Source: Gordius albopunctatus
Lineage: Eukaryota
Direction of reading: 5' to 3'
NCBI GenBank assembly: GCA_964276515.1
Contig: OZ193909.1
Coordinates: forward strand, 10,788,001 to 10,852,000
DNA: 64,000 nucleotides
Shown here: positions 12,845 through 24,659 of the stretch, piece by piece
Layout of the letters: each line of letters starts with the position of its first letter
Numbering within the stretch: the stretch's first letter is position 1
The notes under the pieces: model-generated
The model's database searches: none
What the model was told of the DNA's origin: nothing
Seen by the model: only the letters and a program-made list of their open reading frames with translations
Translations under genes and position numbers: made by a program

Positions 12845-15800
12845 ATGAAAGATGACGTTATTTATTTTTATGATACGGAAGTCAGCAACATACATTATGG
12901 TAAAAACATTCAAATTTTGTATCCATATTTAAAATAACATTTCTATATTTTATATTCATTTAGGTGCAAATCATCCAATGAAGCCCCATCGTTTGGCATT
13001 GACTCATGATTTGGTGTTAAATTACAATCTTGATTCTAAAATGAAGGTATAGTGTTTATCTGTTATAGAATAAATAGCTCCTTGTAATTATTAAAATGAG
13101 TATAACATGATGAAATATTATAATGTACAGTACATTTTTATACTAGATTAGTTATCACTTATTTATTTTGGCAAATAATTTAATAACAGTACATAAAATG
13201 AAAATTTTGTTGGTAATTCTTATTTATTTTAGTGAATAGTCTTATTTAAATCTATATAACAATATCTCAAATTAAAGCTATGTTACGCATTAAAAGTGCA
13301 AATTTTATGTTTATGCAATGTTGTGTTTTAATGTAATATTTTGTTGAGACATTTAACAATAAAATTTAGACATTAGGGTCTGAACTATGTTGATATATAT
13401 ATATTATTTTATAAAATAAATTTTGCATCATATTCAAATTATTAAATTTATTTATTGAATTAATTGCTATGCAATTTTACTTTATAAAGCTTTATCAACC
13501 TAAAAAAGCCACAGAAGTTGACATGTATAACTTTCATTCGGTGGATTATATAAACTTTTTAAAAACCTTGTCAATTGGACCATTGAATGATAATGGTAAA
13601 CATGTATCAAAGTTTAATGTTGGAGAGGATTGGTAAAAAATATTTTATATAAGCTAATATTTTGATTACTCGTATATTATGTTTAATATGTTTTTATGTG
13701 CTTTTTTTATTTATAAATCTGTCTTTTGCACAAATAAAGTCAGTTTAATGAATAATTATTGATTTTATACAGCCCAGTATTCCCAGATCTTTTTGATTTT
13801 TGCTCCATGTACACTGGGGCATCACTTGAGGGAGCTATAATGCTTAATCACAAGGTATGATTATCACGATTTATACATAATTTGAAAAGCTCTGTGAAAC
13901 AGCCATTAATTGGGCTGGAGGGCTGCATCATGCAAAAAAATCAGATGCATCAGGGTTTTGTTATGTTAATGACATAGTGCTGGCAATCATTGAATTACTC
14001 AAGTACCCCTTAACTTATTATCACATTTTCTTTTATATTGACAAATTAAAATGTATGGGATTTAATTATGAAAAATAAAGAATTCTTAAAGCATAATATC
14101 TGATGTCACAAATTTTTTAGATACAATGCCAGGGTTCTCTACATAGATATAGATATACATCATGGTGATGGAGTTCAGGAAGCTTTCTATTTGACTGATA
14201 GAGTTATGACAGTTAGTTTTCACAAATATGGAAATTTATTTTTTCCGGGCACTGGTAAAATTTGTATACAAATCCATTATCCATTTAAAATTTAGTTCAT
14301 ATCAATATTTAGTTTTTGATTTTAGGACTAGCACCTTTTATTTGCTCTTTATCGATTGATTATTTTTACTAAGACCTTTGCAATTTATAAAGTTTTAAAA
14401 CACCATCTATTTAAATACATAAAATTAAAAAGAAATTATTTTAAAATTTAGGCCATATATATGAAATAGGAGCCGATGCTGGAAAATATTATGCAGTCAA
14501 TGTTCCATTAAAAGAAGGCATTGATGATGAAGGTATATACTTTCAAGAATTTTTATTTATTTATACTAAAACTTCATCTGACTTCTACCTAGAGCCCTGC
14601 AAAATGGAAATTTTTCAGCCCGACCCCGACATCTCAGTTTTTATTGAGCCCGGCCTCAGCCCGAACGACTTTTTTATTTTGGGCCCCACCCGATTTTTCA
14701 AATAGAAAATTTAAAGAAATTATTTTAACATTTTTGAAAATTATTTTACCATATAAATACATAATGCATTAAATTGTTATTACTCGTAATTTACAACTAG
14801 GATAAGTTTAAAATAAAATTTTCATTTTCACTCGCTACAATTTATTCACCTAACTGGATATCTAACTATTTAAAATATATTTTACCTAACAGTTTCAAAT
14901 AAAACAATTTTTAAAATATTTCCTTATTTTAATTCTAATGTAACGGCCACAAGGAATATATTTAAATACCAGAATAAGATTTGCGATTTATGTCAAAATA
15001 TATTAATAGACATGGGGAAAAAGCTGAAACTTGGAAATATTATGTATGGTGTACGAAGATAATTATTTAATATCGATTTGAATTTGTTTAGATCATATTT
15101 TATAAAAGATTAGTTTGCCATGTCAATTCGGGCCGGGCTCGGGCTGAGGCCCGATTGTTTTATTAAATTCTGCCCGGGGCTCTACTTCTACCTCATCAGT
15201 TAAAAAATATTTTTTAGAGATTTTTATTATGTATGTAAAAATCACTATAAATGACATTTTTGTTAAATATCATTTTGTATTATAATTATACTTGAACACT
15301 ATACAATTATTTCGAATATTCAATTTTCAGCTTATAGCTTCATTTTCAAACCAATAATTAAAGATGTCATCCAATTCTACCAACCTAATGTTATAGTACT
15401 TCAGGTGTGACTTTTCTATTCATGCATATAATGCAATACATTTTCTATGGAATAATTCCCTAAAATCACCCTTTTATGCTTTTATTGTTTGTAATGTTAC
15501 CATTCATATTTAATATGGATTCCATCGTTTAATTTCTCAAAAATCAAGTGTGGTGCAGATTCGTTAGCTGGTGATAGACTTGGTTGTTTCAATCTCAGCA
15601 TCAAAGGTCATGGGTAAATTAATTGGAATTATATTATCTTGGGAAAAGAAATTTAAAATACTCAGTAGTTTGTGCTCAGTTTAAATCCTTTTTAATTTTC
15701 ACTTGCTTTATATGATTAACACAAATGTTCATACGCTATTAACAGTAATTTTTAGATAAAAAATTTGCGATTCAATACAAAACGAGCATCAAAAATACTG

Positions 15801-18800
15801 AGCGAAAACGGAAAAAATATTGAACATAATAATTAGTTTTATTAATTAATTATTACATACTGCTTTATTGCTATATAGCCAGTGTGTCAAATTTATCAAA
15901 GATCTCGGTTACCCCTTGCTTATATTGGGGGGTGGGGGCTACACCATACGCAACGTGGCTAGGTGCTGGGCCTATGAAACATCCTTGATTTTGGGGGAGG
16001 ACATCGAAAATAAAATACCCGAAAATTCGGGTAAATTACTTTATCCTAATTTCTGCATTTTCAGGGCACTTAAATAGTTCTTATTCTGGGGGCGTGGTGG
16101 CGTAGTGGGTAAAGGTTTAGTCTTTGAAGCAAGAGCTCGCAGGTTCAATCCCGCCTCTGGCACTTATTTCATAAGATTAAAAATCACATCGTCAACACGG
16201 CTGTCAGGCCTCGATAACCGAGCATCACCCCTTATCCAAATAACTAAAGAAGCTGACACACCTTAGTGTGACTAGAGACCTGCACGGGCGGCCCGAGGCC
16301 CGGGCCGGGCTCGGGCCTCAAATTTTGAGGATTAAAAATTCCGGGCCGGGCCTAATTCATTAATAATAGGCCCGGCCCGGAATAATTTAGAAGTAAATAA
16401 TTTATAAGTAGTAGTCTAAGTAGTCTTTTGTTCTGTTTAAAACAATAATTAAAAAAAATTAATTAATTACAAGTTATTGATTCATTCATTTTACGCTTTT
16501 TCTAATATACAAACAATTGAGTATGGAACAAAAAAATATACTCCTAATAGCTGAAAATATTCGGAAAGAATTTTATAAAGTAAAGGAAATCCACACCTAC
16601 ATAAAGTTAAGGATCAACGAGAAAAATAGAAATATTGGAATGGTTGAAAGTACACCTTTGGGAGATATTAGATTCGAATCCGAATTCGAATTCTTAGGTC
16701 TGAATTTCGACTCGAATATTTTTACCTGGTTAGATTCAAAAATCGAATCGAATTTTTAAAAAGGGATTTGAAAAGTTATTTATACTTGATAGTTATTTTA
16801 AATATACAAGACGAAAATAATTAAGCTGTTTTCATCTTTCCGCAAATTAGTTATTTTCCTCGATCACTAAATTTAAATTTTATAAGCATACATAAAATAT
16901 AAAAATAGCACTTTACATAGAATATGGGGTTCAACTTCAAAAAAAAATCCAATATTTTTGCTAACATTTTAGGTCAACTATTATTTAATGTTTATATTAT
17001 TTTTGTACTTATGCATTAAACTTTAGCATAAATCATTAAAATATAAATAATATATTTTGATATGCATTAACCTTATTCGCTGAGATTTTATTTATATATA
17101 TAAACATTCTATATTTATAATAAAACAAGATAATAACCCGTTGTACGGATACCGAAACTAAATAATAGATAAACTCTAATTAAGGCCATCTAGGCGAAAT
17201 TTTTAATAAGAGACTATATTAAAGCGATATTTAGAAATTAAAAAACTTTAAAAATATTCGAATCGAATCTTTAAATTTTTTTGAATCGAATTTGAATCCT
17301 TATCTTAATATTCGACGTCTCGAATTTAATATTTTTTCAAATAAAATTATCGAATCGAATACTAAAAATATTCGATTTGATTCGAAATCCAGAGGCGTTG
17401 TGGAAAGAGCAGAGTCGTCAATTTCTAGCGCTTAGCTCCCTTGTTTTAAGATTTTTCGATACCTGCTTCATTTGCCTCGAGTGAGAGGTGTTTTTCGTTA
17501 GCAGGCCGGATTTATTAAGACCGAAAAACAAATTTAAACACGGAAATTTTTGATGCCTGTGTTTTTTGCATCCAAAATAGTTCCATTATCTTTATTTTTT
17601 AAATAAAAATTTTATAAAAATTGAGTTTGATTAAATTTCTGCAATTTTAAAAATTCCGGGCCGGGTCCGGGCCGGGTCCGGGCCTTGTTTTTAAATATGC
17701 TAAAATTCGGGCCCGGGCCGGGCCTTTTCCCCATTTTGAATTCCGGGCCGGGCCTTAAAAAAATTGATTTTGCAGGTCTCTAAGTGTGACAAACAGCTAT
17801 TGGAATTTTTGGAAATAGTTCTTATTCAGTATTGACTAAGGGTTCTTTAAAATGTTTTTAAACTCATCATACGGATGATACCCTATATAGAAATAATGTC
17901 AAAAATAATTTAAATTTATAAAAAGTATACGTCCTTGTTCCTATCAACAACATTTTAATAAAGACACAATTTGGCGATTTCTTGAGAATTTATGTTTAAA
18001 AATAATTTATAAGGGCGGGCGAAAAATATGATAACTTATTACACATAATTCTTTAATAGCGCATAACTTAGCTCTTCATGCCATTTTCTTTTATTATTTT
18101 TTATGAATCTTTAAGAAGCTTGAAAATTGTCACTTTAGATAAATGGACAAATGGGGAATTCCATGTCAAATCGATCATAAAAACGCCTTTTTTAGAAACC
18201 ATTGATATTATTAAATTCTGAAATTTTTAGCTCATGTGGGCCTCTACTGTTTGAGTTGCGGGGGCTCAAAGGTCAAAAATCGATCTTTTAGGACATCGGA
18301 TCATGACGCTGAATTCGATAATTTTTTTATTATTCACCCCCTACTCATAAAATCTAGTGACGGGTAAGACCTGTATAATAGAAAAAAATTGGAATTTTTT
18401 TTGATTGAATGGTCATCTAATAATTGCCGAAATAGTTAAAATGCATTTTTACCGTTGACTAAGCCCAAACGGTTTAAAATCTAAAACAAATGTTTTTACC
18501 ACCTATAAAATTGAATTGGGCGACTAACTGGAAATGGTCGAAAAGGGCAAAATATGTACCTGTTTATCACATTTTACCGATTAATAACGTCAAAATCGCT
18601 GTTTTTAGCAACTTTGACAGCAAATATTTCAAAAGCTTGACGTATAGGGAAAAAAGTAAAAATATATTAGTGTTCACTGCGAAAAACTCTAACAAAATCT
18701 GCAAACTATTTGCCGGACTGTGTGATAGAATGACTGGCGACAGCTGATTTGTGCATTAAAATTATCTAAATAAGGGTGTTATTTAACGGCTAAGTAAATA

Positions 18801-21800
18801 ATTACAAATTGCTAAGTAATTTATGCTAAGTATTTTAATTAAAGTGCTAAGTATTTTATTAAAAAAAGCTAAGTATTTTAATCTAAATGCTAAATATTTT
18901 AAAGGAAATTCTAAGTATTTTATTTTTAAATGCTAAGTTTTTTATTAAATTGCTAAGTTTTTTTTGATATGCTAAGTTTTTTTTATTAAAATGCCGAGTA
19001 TTAAAAAATATAAGATAATAATGTTTTAAAGCTAAAAAGGGCAAAGTTTTGATGGTGATAATTTTAAACAAAATGTTTAATTTTTAAAAATGCTAGGTTC
19101 TTATTTTTAAAATGCTATGTTTTCTATTTTGAAGTGCTAAGTTATTATTTTAAAATACTAAATTTATTAATTCAAAGTTTTATTTATGACACAAAAAAGT
19201 GTTGAAAATTTGAAGTTAAGTTTTAATGGGAATTATTTTAATGAATTACCAAAATTTATAGTTGAAAAATATAATATTTCAATTTTATATTGTTATAGTA
19301 TAGAAACAAAAAATATGATTATTTATTTGTAGGTGAAAACCCCTTCATGTTCTATAATGGCTTCACATATAAAATAATCTAAATAGCTAATAGGATTATT
19401 GATAGCGATTTAATGCAACTACAAAATATAATTGGAATAAAATGGGGGTTTTATATATATATTTATTAGACTATTAAAGCTTTTTTAGCTTTGGATTTTT
19501 TCTCCTATTGTGACATTTTTAGCTTCCATACGGGGTTTGAATATATTTGGTGTTGAGGCTAATCCTATTATATGCTTGCAGATATAATTATTATGAAATG
19601 AGGGGCAACTGCATTGACCCTTTTGCCATATATGGCTTTCTTCGAGGAAGGTTATGGACCCAGGCCTTAAAATTTTGCTTTTTAAAATCCTCATAGGAGG
19701 CCCAGTCATCTATTCTGCTGATTGTTGTATCTTGATTTATTGATTGACTTATTTTGACAGATACACCATAAACTTTTTTTTTATTGTTGTAGCATTTTGT
19801 TAAGCTTTCCCCATTGGTAATGTCTTTAATTCTTTATCTTGATAGTGCTTATCAACTAACATCACTTATTTCAGAATAATATAATTATAAAGTCTGAGTT
19901 AAGTACTTTTTTGCTATGTTTCTTCTGACATGAGCCCAGCATACCACAACCATTTTATCCCCAAAAACAGCTTTAAATGCACTGCATAAATGACAAGAAC
20001 TTCAAAAACTGGATTTTATTACTTAATTTCATGACCTCATTAGTCAAACTTTGAAACATGAATTTAAAATCAACAGACAGCTTAATTTGTTTTAAAATTT
20101 ATAAAATATTTTTAATACTTAGCATAACTTATTTATAAACCTAGATCATTTAATACTTAGCACAATTTATATAAATACTAATCAATAATTTAAACTTAGC
20201 ATAATATGTTTAAATACTTAGCATATAATTTAAATAATTAGCAAAACATTAAAATACTTAGTAAATAAATAAAATAATTAACAAATAAATAAAATACTTA
20301 GCAAAACAAAAAAATACTTAGCGAATGAATGAAATATGTAGCATTTGAATTTAAAACTTAGAATTAATTTAAAAACTTAGCAAACGATTTAAATACTTAG
20401 CAAATGAATAAAATACTTAGCAAATAATTTGTTGTGTTTAAATAACTTTCGTCGCCATTTTTGTGAGGGTTTTTCGCGCCCTTGTGTAGTGAAAAATTGC
20501 ACAAAGTTATAGAAGAAAGGTTATAACATTAAAGGAAAATCTTTATATTCATAAGATTAACATGTTTAATTTAACAAAATATTGGCTGCCTATAGTGTTG
20601 TTAATATGCCAGAATGCTAAAACCATAACCTATGGTAGTAGCATACATCTCGCCCATTACCATCATCATAACCAGCACCATGCTGCTTAATAACCCGGTT
20701 ACTAGCATGGCAGATTAAAGTTGCCATGTTTGCTTGGTTAAGAGAGATGTGTAACTAACCGGGCATTTGGCAGATTGGATTGATATAAACCGTGGTATCG
20801 AGCAGGCTCGTTTTAAACTAAATATGGTTTTTAGCAAATTTAATTTTAGATTACTATTAGAGTTGGTAGCTACCATATAATGCTAATCAATATTTTTCAA
20901 TCATATATTAATCCAAAAATGGTGATAAAAAAATTAAAATATAAAGAACTTTGCCCCCCTCCCCCATCTTATTTTTTACCCTCTATCTCATCAGGGGGGG
21001 GGTTGACTTCTGATGGGAAAGAGGGTAAAAAATTAGGACCCCCTCTCCCCTATGGTGAGAAAGAGGGTAAAAAATAAGATGGGGGGAGGGGGGCAAAGTT
21101 ATTTATAATATAAATTTTTTATCACCATTTTTGGATTAATATATGATTGAAAAATATTGATTAGCATTATATGTCAGCTACCAACTCTAATAGTAAGCTA
21201 AGATTAAATTTGCTAAAAACCATGTTTAGTTCAAAACGAGCCTGCTCGATAGCACCACGGTTCATATCAATCCAATCTGCTCGATGCCCGGTTAGTTACA
21301 GATCTCTCAACCAAGCAACCATGGCAACTTTAATCTGCCGTGCTAGTAACCGGGTTATTAAGCAGCATGGTGCTGGTTATGATGATGGTAATGGTAGGAG
21401 ATATGTGCCTATTACCAGGTTTAGCACTGTACAAGCAGAACCAATTCTAGCACATCAACAACACTACTGCCTACTCCCTTACATAATAATATTCAGCTAT
21501 TTGCCAGTCTATCGTATTATTTGTATATGGTTATGGCACCATATATAATATTTTACTTTTACAAATCCGTATGTGGCTTGAAAAAACGCTATATTGTTTA
21601 TTTTTCTTCGTTATTTATATGATCAGATAGATATTTAGATATTTATTTTAGATTATTACAAGTATTACGCACCCGATCATGTTTTGCATTACGAGATTAA
21701 TCCAAAAATTGATAACCAAAATACCAGACAAGTATAAACACATTTACTTTGTTATTATAACACTGTTCCAAATCAGGGGAAAAACTTTACTTTAATTTTC

Positions 21801-22282
21801 AAATAATATAAACCTTAAAAATATATAAATTCGACCTCGCATGACTGTAAATATTCGGCTCTATTACATATTAAATTAATTTTGCGAAAGATGATACTAC
21901 ATATCGTCATTTTTATATATAAAAAGTAAGGAAGTCTAAAATTAAAGGAGAATTTATATTTGTTTAACTTAAAACATTTGGGCATTATTAAAAAAGAATA
22001 ATTTTTAATTTCTGTCCAAATTAAAACGTCATGCCACTTACTCAAAAATCGAAACTATATATAAGGTAAATAGTTTTAAAAATAAAATTTCAAGACTTTA
22101 TTTAATTATAATGGATTTAACTCATGGAATTAAATGGGTAATAATATTTATTGCTTTAGTTGTTGGAAACGTTAAGAAGAACGGTCCGTGATCACTTGAG
22201 ATCTTTAGTTCACGCACCCAATGTAGAATTATTGCCCATTCTAGATGATGCGATCAACATTAATATAAACGAAAAGAGTTGA
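12845..22282 (+). CDS. HDAC3: Histone deacetylase 3 (class I HDAC), 12 exons: 12845-12899, 12964-13046, 13490-13632, 13773-13854, 13890-14002, 14121-14254, 14452-14532, 15331-15404, 15549-15613, 15879-16030, 21652-21731, 22160-22282
   Basis: Manual splicing at GT-AG sites gives a continuous [73 protein letters not shown] (HDAC3-type, not HDAC1/2), [37 protein letters not shown]. Confidence 0.96.
14590..15184. mobile_element. hAT-type MITE in HDAC3 intron 7
   Basis: Termini TAGAGCCC / GGGCTCTA, CCCG-rich subterminal inverted repeats, perfect 8-bp TSD cttctacc (14582-14589, 15185-15192). Confidence 0.9.
16273..17782 (+). mobile_element. Non-autonomous hAT with hATC remnant, inserted in the SINE
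   Basis: Perfect TIR TAGAGACCTGCA / TGCAGGTCTCTA, 8-bp TSD agtgtgac, GGCCCG subterminal repeats, remnant [17 protein letters not shown] near 17459-17510. Confidence 0.9.
16651..17399. mobile_element. MITE with (ATTCGA)-rich subterminal repeats nested in the hAT element
   Basis: Imperfect TIR tacacctttgg / ccagaggcgtt, 8-bp near-TSD gttgaaag / gtggaaag that splits the hAT coding remnant. Confidence 0.7.
18780..20450 (-). mobile_element. Mutator-like (MULE) relic with SWIM zinc-finger remnant and inverted minisatellite arms
   Basis: [21 protein letters not shown] (CxC..CKH, SWIM) at 19485-19709, flanked by TGCTAAGT arrays (18790-19150) and inverted ACTTAGCA arrays (20110-20425). Boundaries approximate. 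Confidence 0.65.
20593..21466. mobile_element. 874-bp fold-back (almost fully palindromic) element in HDAC3 intron 10
   Basis: About 20630-21000 is the reverse complement of about 21040-21420. Termini tagtgttgtt / aacaacacta; flanking direct repeat ctgccta. Confidence 0.88.
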
Positions 22283-22786
22283 TGTTAAAAATATCTTTTT
22301 ACTCATCTGTGTTTTATAAAATCAAATATTTCTTGTATATAAATTGTCATTCTATATGCGTGAGCCTAATTCTTAGAGAAAATGGATGTTATTTTGTGCG
22401 TTGAAATGTTAAATGCAAAGTTATTGTATTGATTTCAGTATTTATCTACGATAAAGTTATTTTTATTTTACCGTATAATTAACAAAATAAGATTCATTGG
22501 CATTTTGTTTGACTTTTAAAGAGTTCAGGTGATGTTTCAATATATAAGTGTAGCACAAGTTTGTACTTTTAAGCTAACTAAATATGAAATTAAAATAAGT
22601 TGTAATTCGTATATGTTATTTTTAAATTAGGTAGAATGCAAATGTAAATTTTTGAGTTTTTCAGATATTTTTAAGATGAATTATATTAGGTTGCTTTTTA
22701 AATGCTGAGTAACAAATTCAAAAATGCTTAATAAAATTTTCTCTGTATATGATTAACGTGGCTTTTAAAATTTTAAAAATGCATTG

Positions 22787-23131
22787 GTCTCTTGTAGGCA
22801 GGCGAGTGTACCTTTCTTCTTTTTAACATCTGAGCGACCTCGATGCTCTTTTCCGTTAACGTTTTCACAATCCAGCATGTTATTCGCATTCTTTCTGCAA
22901 CTAATTTCCTTAACCGCCTTCGTTGTGAGTCGGGCAGTGACCCTAATGTATTTTTCACATTGCGCGTGAAGGGTATGCAATGCGCGTCGTTTGTTGGGGC
23001 GCCCTGGCTTTCTTTTGTAAAGTTTTGTTTGAGACTCATGATTTTGGAGTTGGTTTTTATAGCTGGTTTCAGACCTGACGCCAACCCTCTACTTTTTGGA
23101 CACGGATTTGGGACTGTCATAGGTAGTGTTA
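22787..23131 (-). mobile_element. 5'-end-only fragment of an RTE LINE (5' UTR plus start of endonuclease)
   Basis: Aligns with 30380-30705 (RRRLRKLVAERMRITCW, ACLQET) and extends about 20 nt further 5' than that copy. Confidence 0.88.
23081..23131 (-). ncRNA. Twister-ribozyme-like motif (type P1, degenerate) at RTE 5' end
   Basis: Minus strand reads TAACACTACCTATGACAGTCCCAAATCCGTGTCCAAAAAGTAGAGGGTTGG. This is colinear with the remembered rice P1 twister core UAACACUGCCAAUGCCGGUCCCAAGCCCGGAUAAAAGUGGAGGG. Confidence 0.72.
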
Positions 23132-23169
23132 ATTCTAAAAGTCAGTATTATTTTTATATATTATCCTAA

Positions 23170-23340
23170 GGCACGTTCGTGATGAGTGCGAAACGATGCG
23201 AAAATTTAGGACATTAGTTTATAAATTGGCTTTTTTTATAATGGACTTTACCGAACAACTTCAAACCAATTCAAAACAATTGTAATTGATGCGCGAAATT
23301 TTCGCATCGCTTCGCGCTCATCACAAACGCCCCCCCCCCC
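23170..23340. mobile_element. Harbinger/Tourist-like MITE
   Basis: cgttcgtgatgagtgcgaaacgatgcgaaaattt is inverted to aaattttcgcatcgcttcgcgctcatcacaaacg; TAA/TTA flanks. Terminus resembles that of 31820-33115. Confidence 0.7.
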
Positions 23341-24398
23341 TTAAGTCATTTAAGATGTGCGATTACAGCTTTAAAGATTTTCATTTTATTAATTAATATT
23401 ATATAAAATTTTGCAAGTCATGTCACAAGAATTCAATTATTTATAATAAAGTAAATTAATTTGCCAACAATTTTACTTCTTTGTAACACATTAGTATCTC
23501 ATGTTTTTGGTTTGCTCCCCTATCGCCTCTGGTTAAAGACCTGCAGAATGGTATAATATAAAGTTAGGCTTAAAGTAATTAAATTAGAAAAACTAATGCC
23601 GTACACGGATGGGCGCAGCCTCGAATTTATAAAAAGAAATAATAACTATTTATCAAGATGTACATATAGTGAGTTTTCAAATAAAAAATCGTTTAAAAAA
23701 ATGTTACGCGAAAAAGTGTTTGCAGTTTTTAAGGGGACATTATACCCAGCCCAGGAGTTTTAGGTTATAACAATCTGATGTGGGCAAAACGGATAGTCAA
23801 TTGTCGTCTTACCAATTACACTAAGCCCTTGAGATATTTTTCTAAGAGACAAAAGATTAGAATTCTACTTGCTAAAGAAAATATCATTTTTTATCCATTA
23901 ATAAAGATGACGCTTGATTTTATAAAATATTTTTGGCGTGGTCCTTTAATTTTTCAGGCCGAGCACCACCCAAAACCACCGGGTGATATTTGGCCGCCGA
24001 TAGAGGTCTCTATATGACATTTTAAAAATCTGACATTATTTGAGATTATGAAAGCCTGAAACTTTAAACGAATGCCGTTAGATTTCTGAGATTATAAACA
24101 TCTGAGATTTTCAACAAAAGCCATGCAGTTGGACAAATCACCAGAGCACAATATATTTATTTAAAGCTACGAGGCAATATACATACTAACATCTAATTGA
24201 AATTAACGAGTTTTTCCCCGAGTTGAATGAAGAGTTTGTTTATCAAAAACTAACAATTATTAAAATTATGTATGAACAACATTATGGAAACCAGGCTAAC
24301 ATGCTTGCATATCATAGTGGATTGCCTGATAAGTTGATTTAGTTATTAAGTAAACGCCTATAAACTTAAATGACCTCAATGATAAATCATCATTTACC

Positions 24399-24659
24399 CA
24401 TAGACTAATAGACTGCTCATTTCTTATATATTCACGCATCAAAATTGTTGCCAAAAACGACCGCCATTTTGATAAGTGAAGTAGAATTTGTATAGCGATG
24501 GATTGTATTGGACAATAATCATTGATCTTATAACATTATATCGATTTTGAAAATTCATCAAACCATATAAATTGGCCAAAATTCATGTTTCACTTTTCAA
24601 AATGACTGCCAAAATGTGGAACACTTTTTAAAAGGGAATGAGCAGTCTATTTCTATAAG
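24399..24659. mobile_element. MITE with 8-bp TSD (hAT- or P-type)
   Basis: catagactaatagactgctcatt / aatgagcagtctatttctata inverted ends; perfect TSD catttacc (24391-24398, 24660-24667). Confidence 0.85.

Larger units (their letters stand above)
16088..17812 (+). mobile_element. tRNA-derived SINE, interrupted at 16273-17782 by a hAT element
   Basis: A box TGGCGTAGTGG, B box GGTTCAATCCC, 15-bp TSD aaatagttcttattc (16072-16086, 17813-17827). Matches the intact copy at 27155-27357. Confidence 0.9.

Noticed and set aside
16088..16163. Functional tRNA gene
   Set aside because: Acceptor and anticodon stems pair poorly, and the sequence continues into a shared body with TSDs in two copies, so it is a SINE head.
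20880..21548. ORFs of 65 and 125 aa as genes
   Set aside because: They lie within a palindromic element in an intron and have no recognisable motifs.
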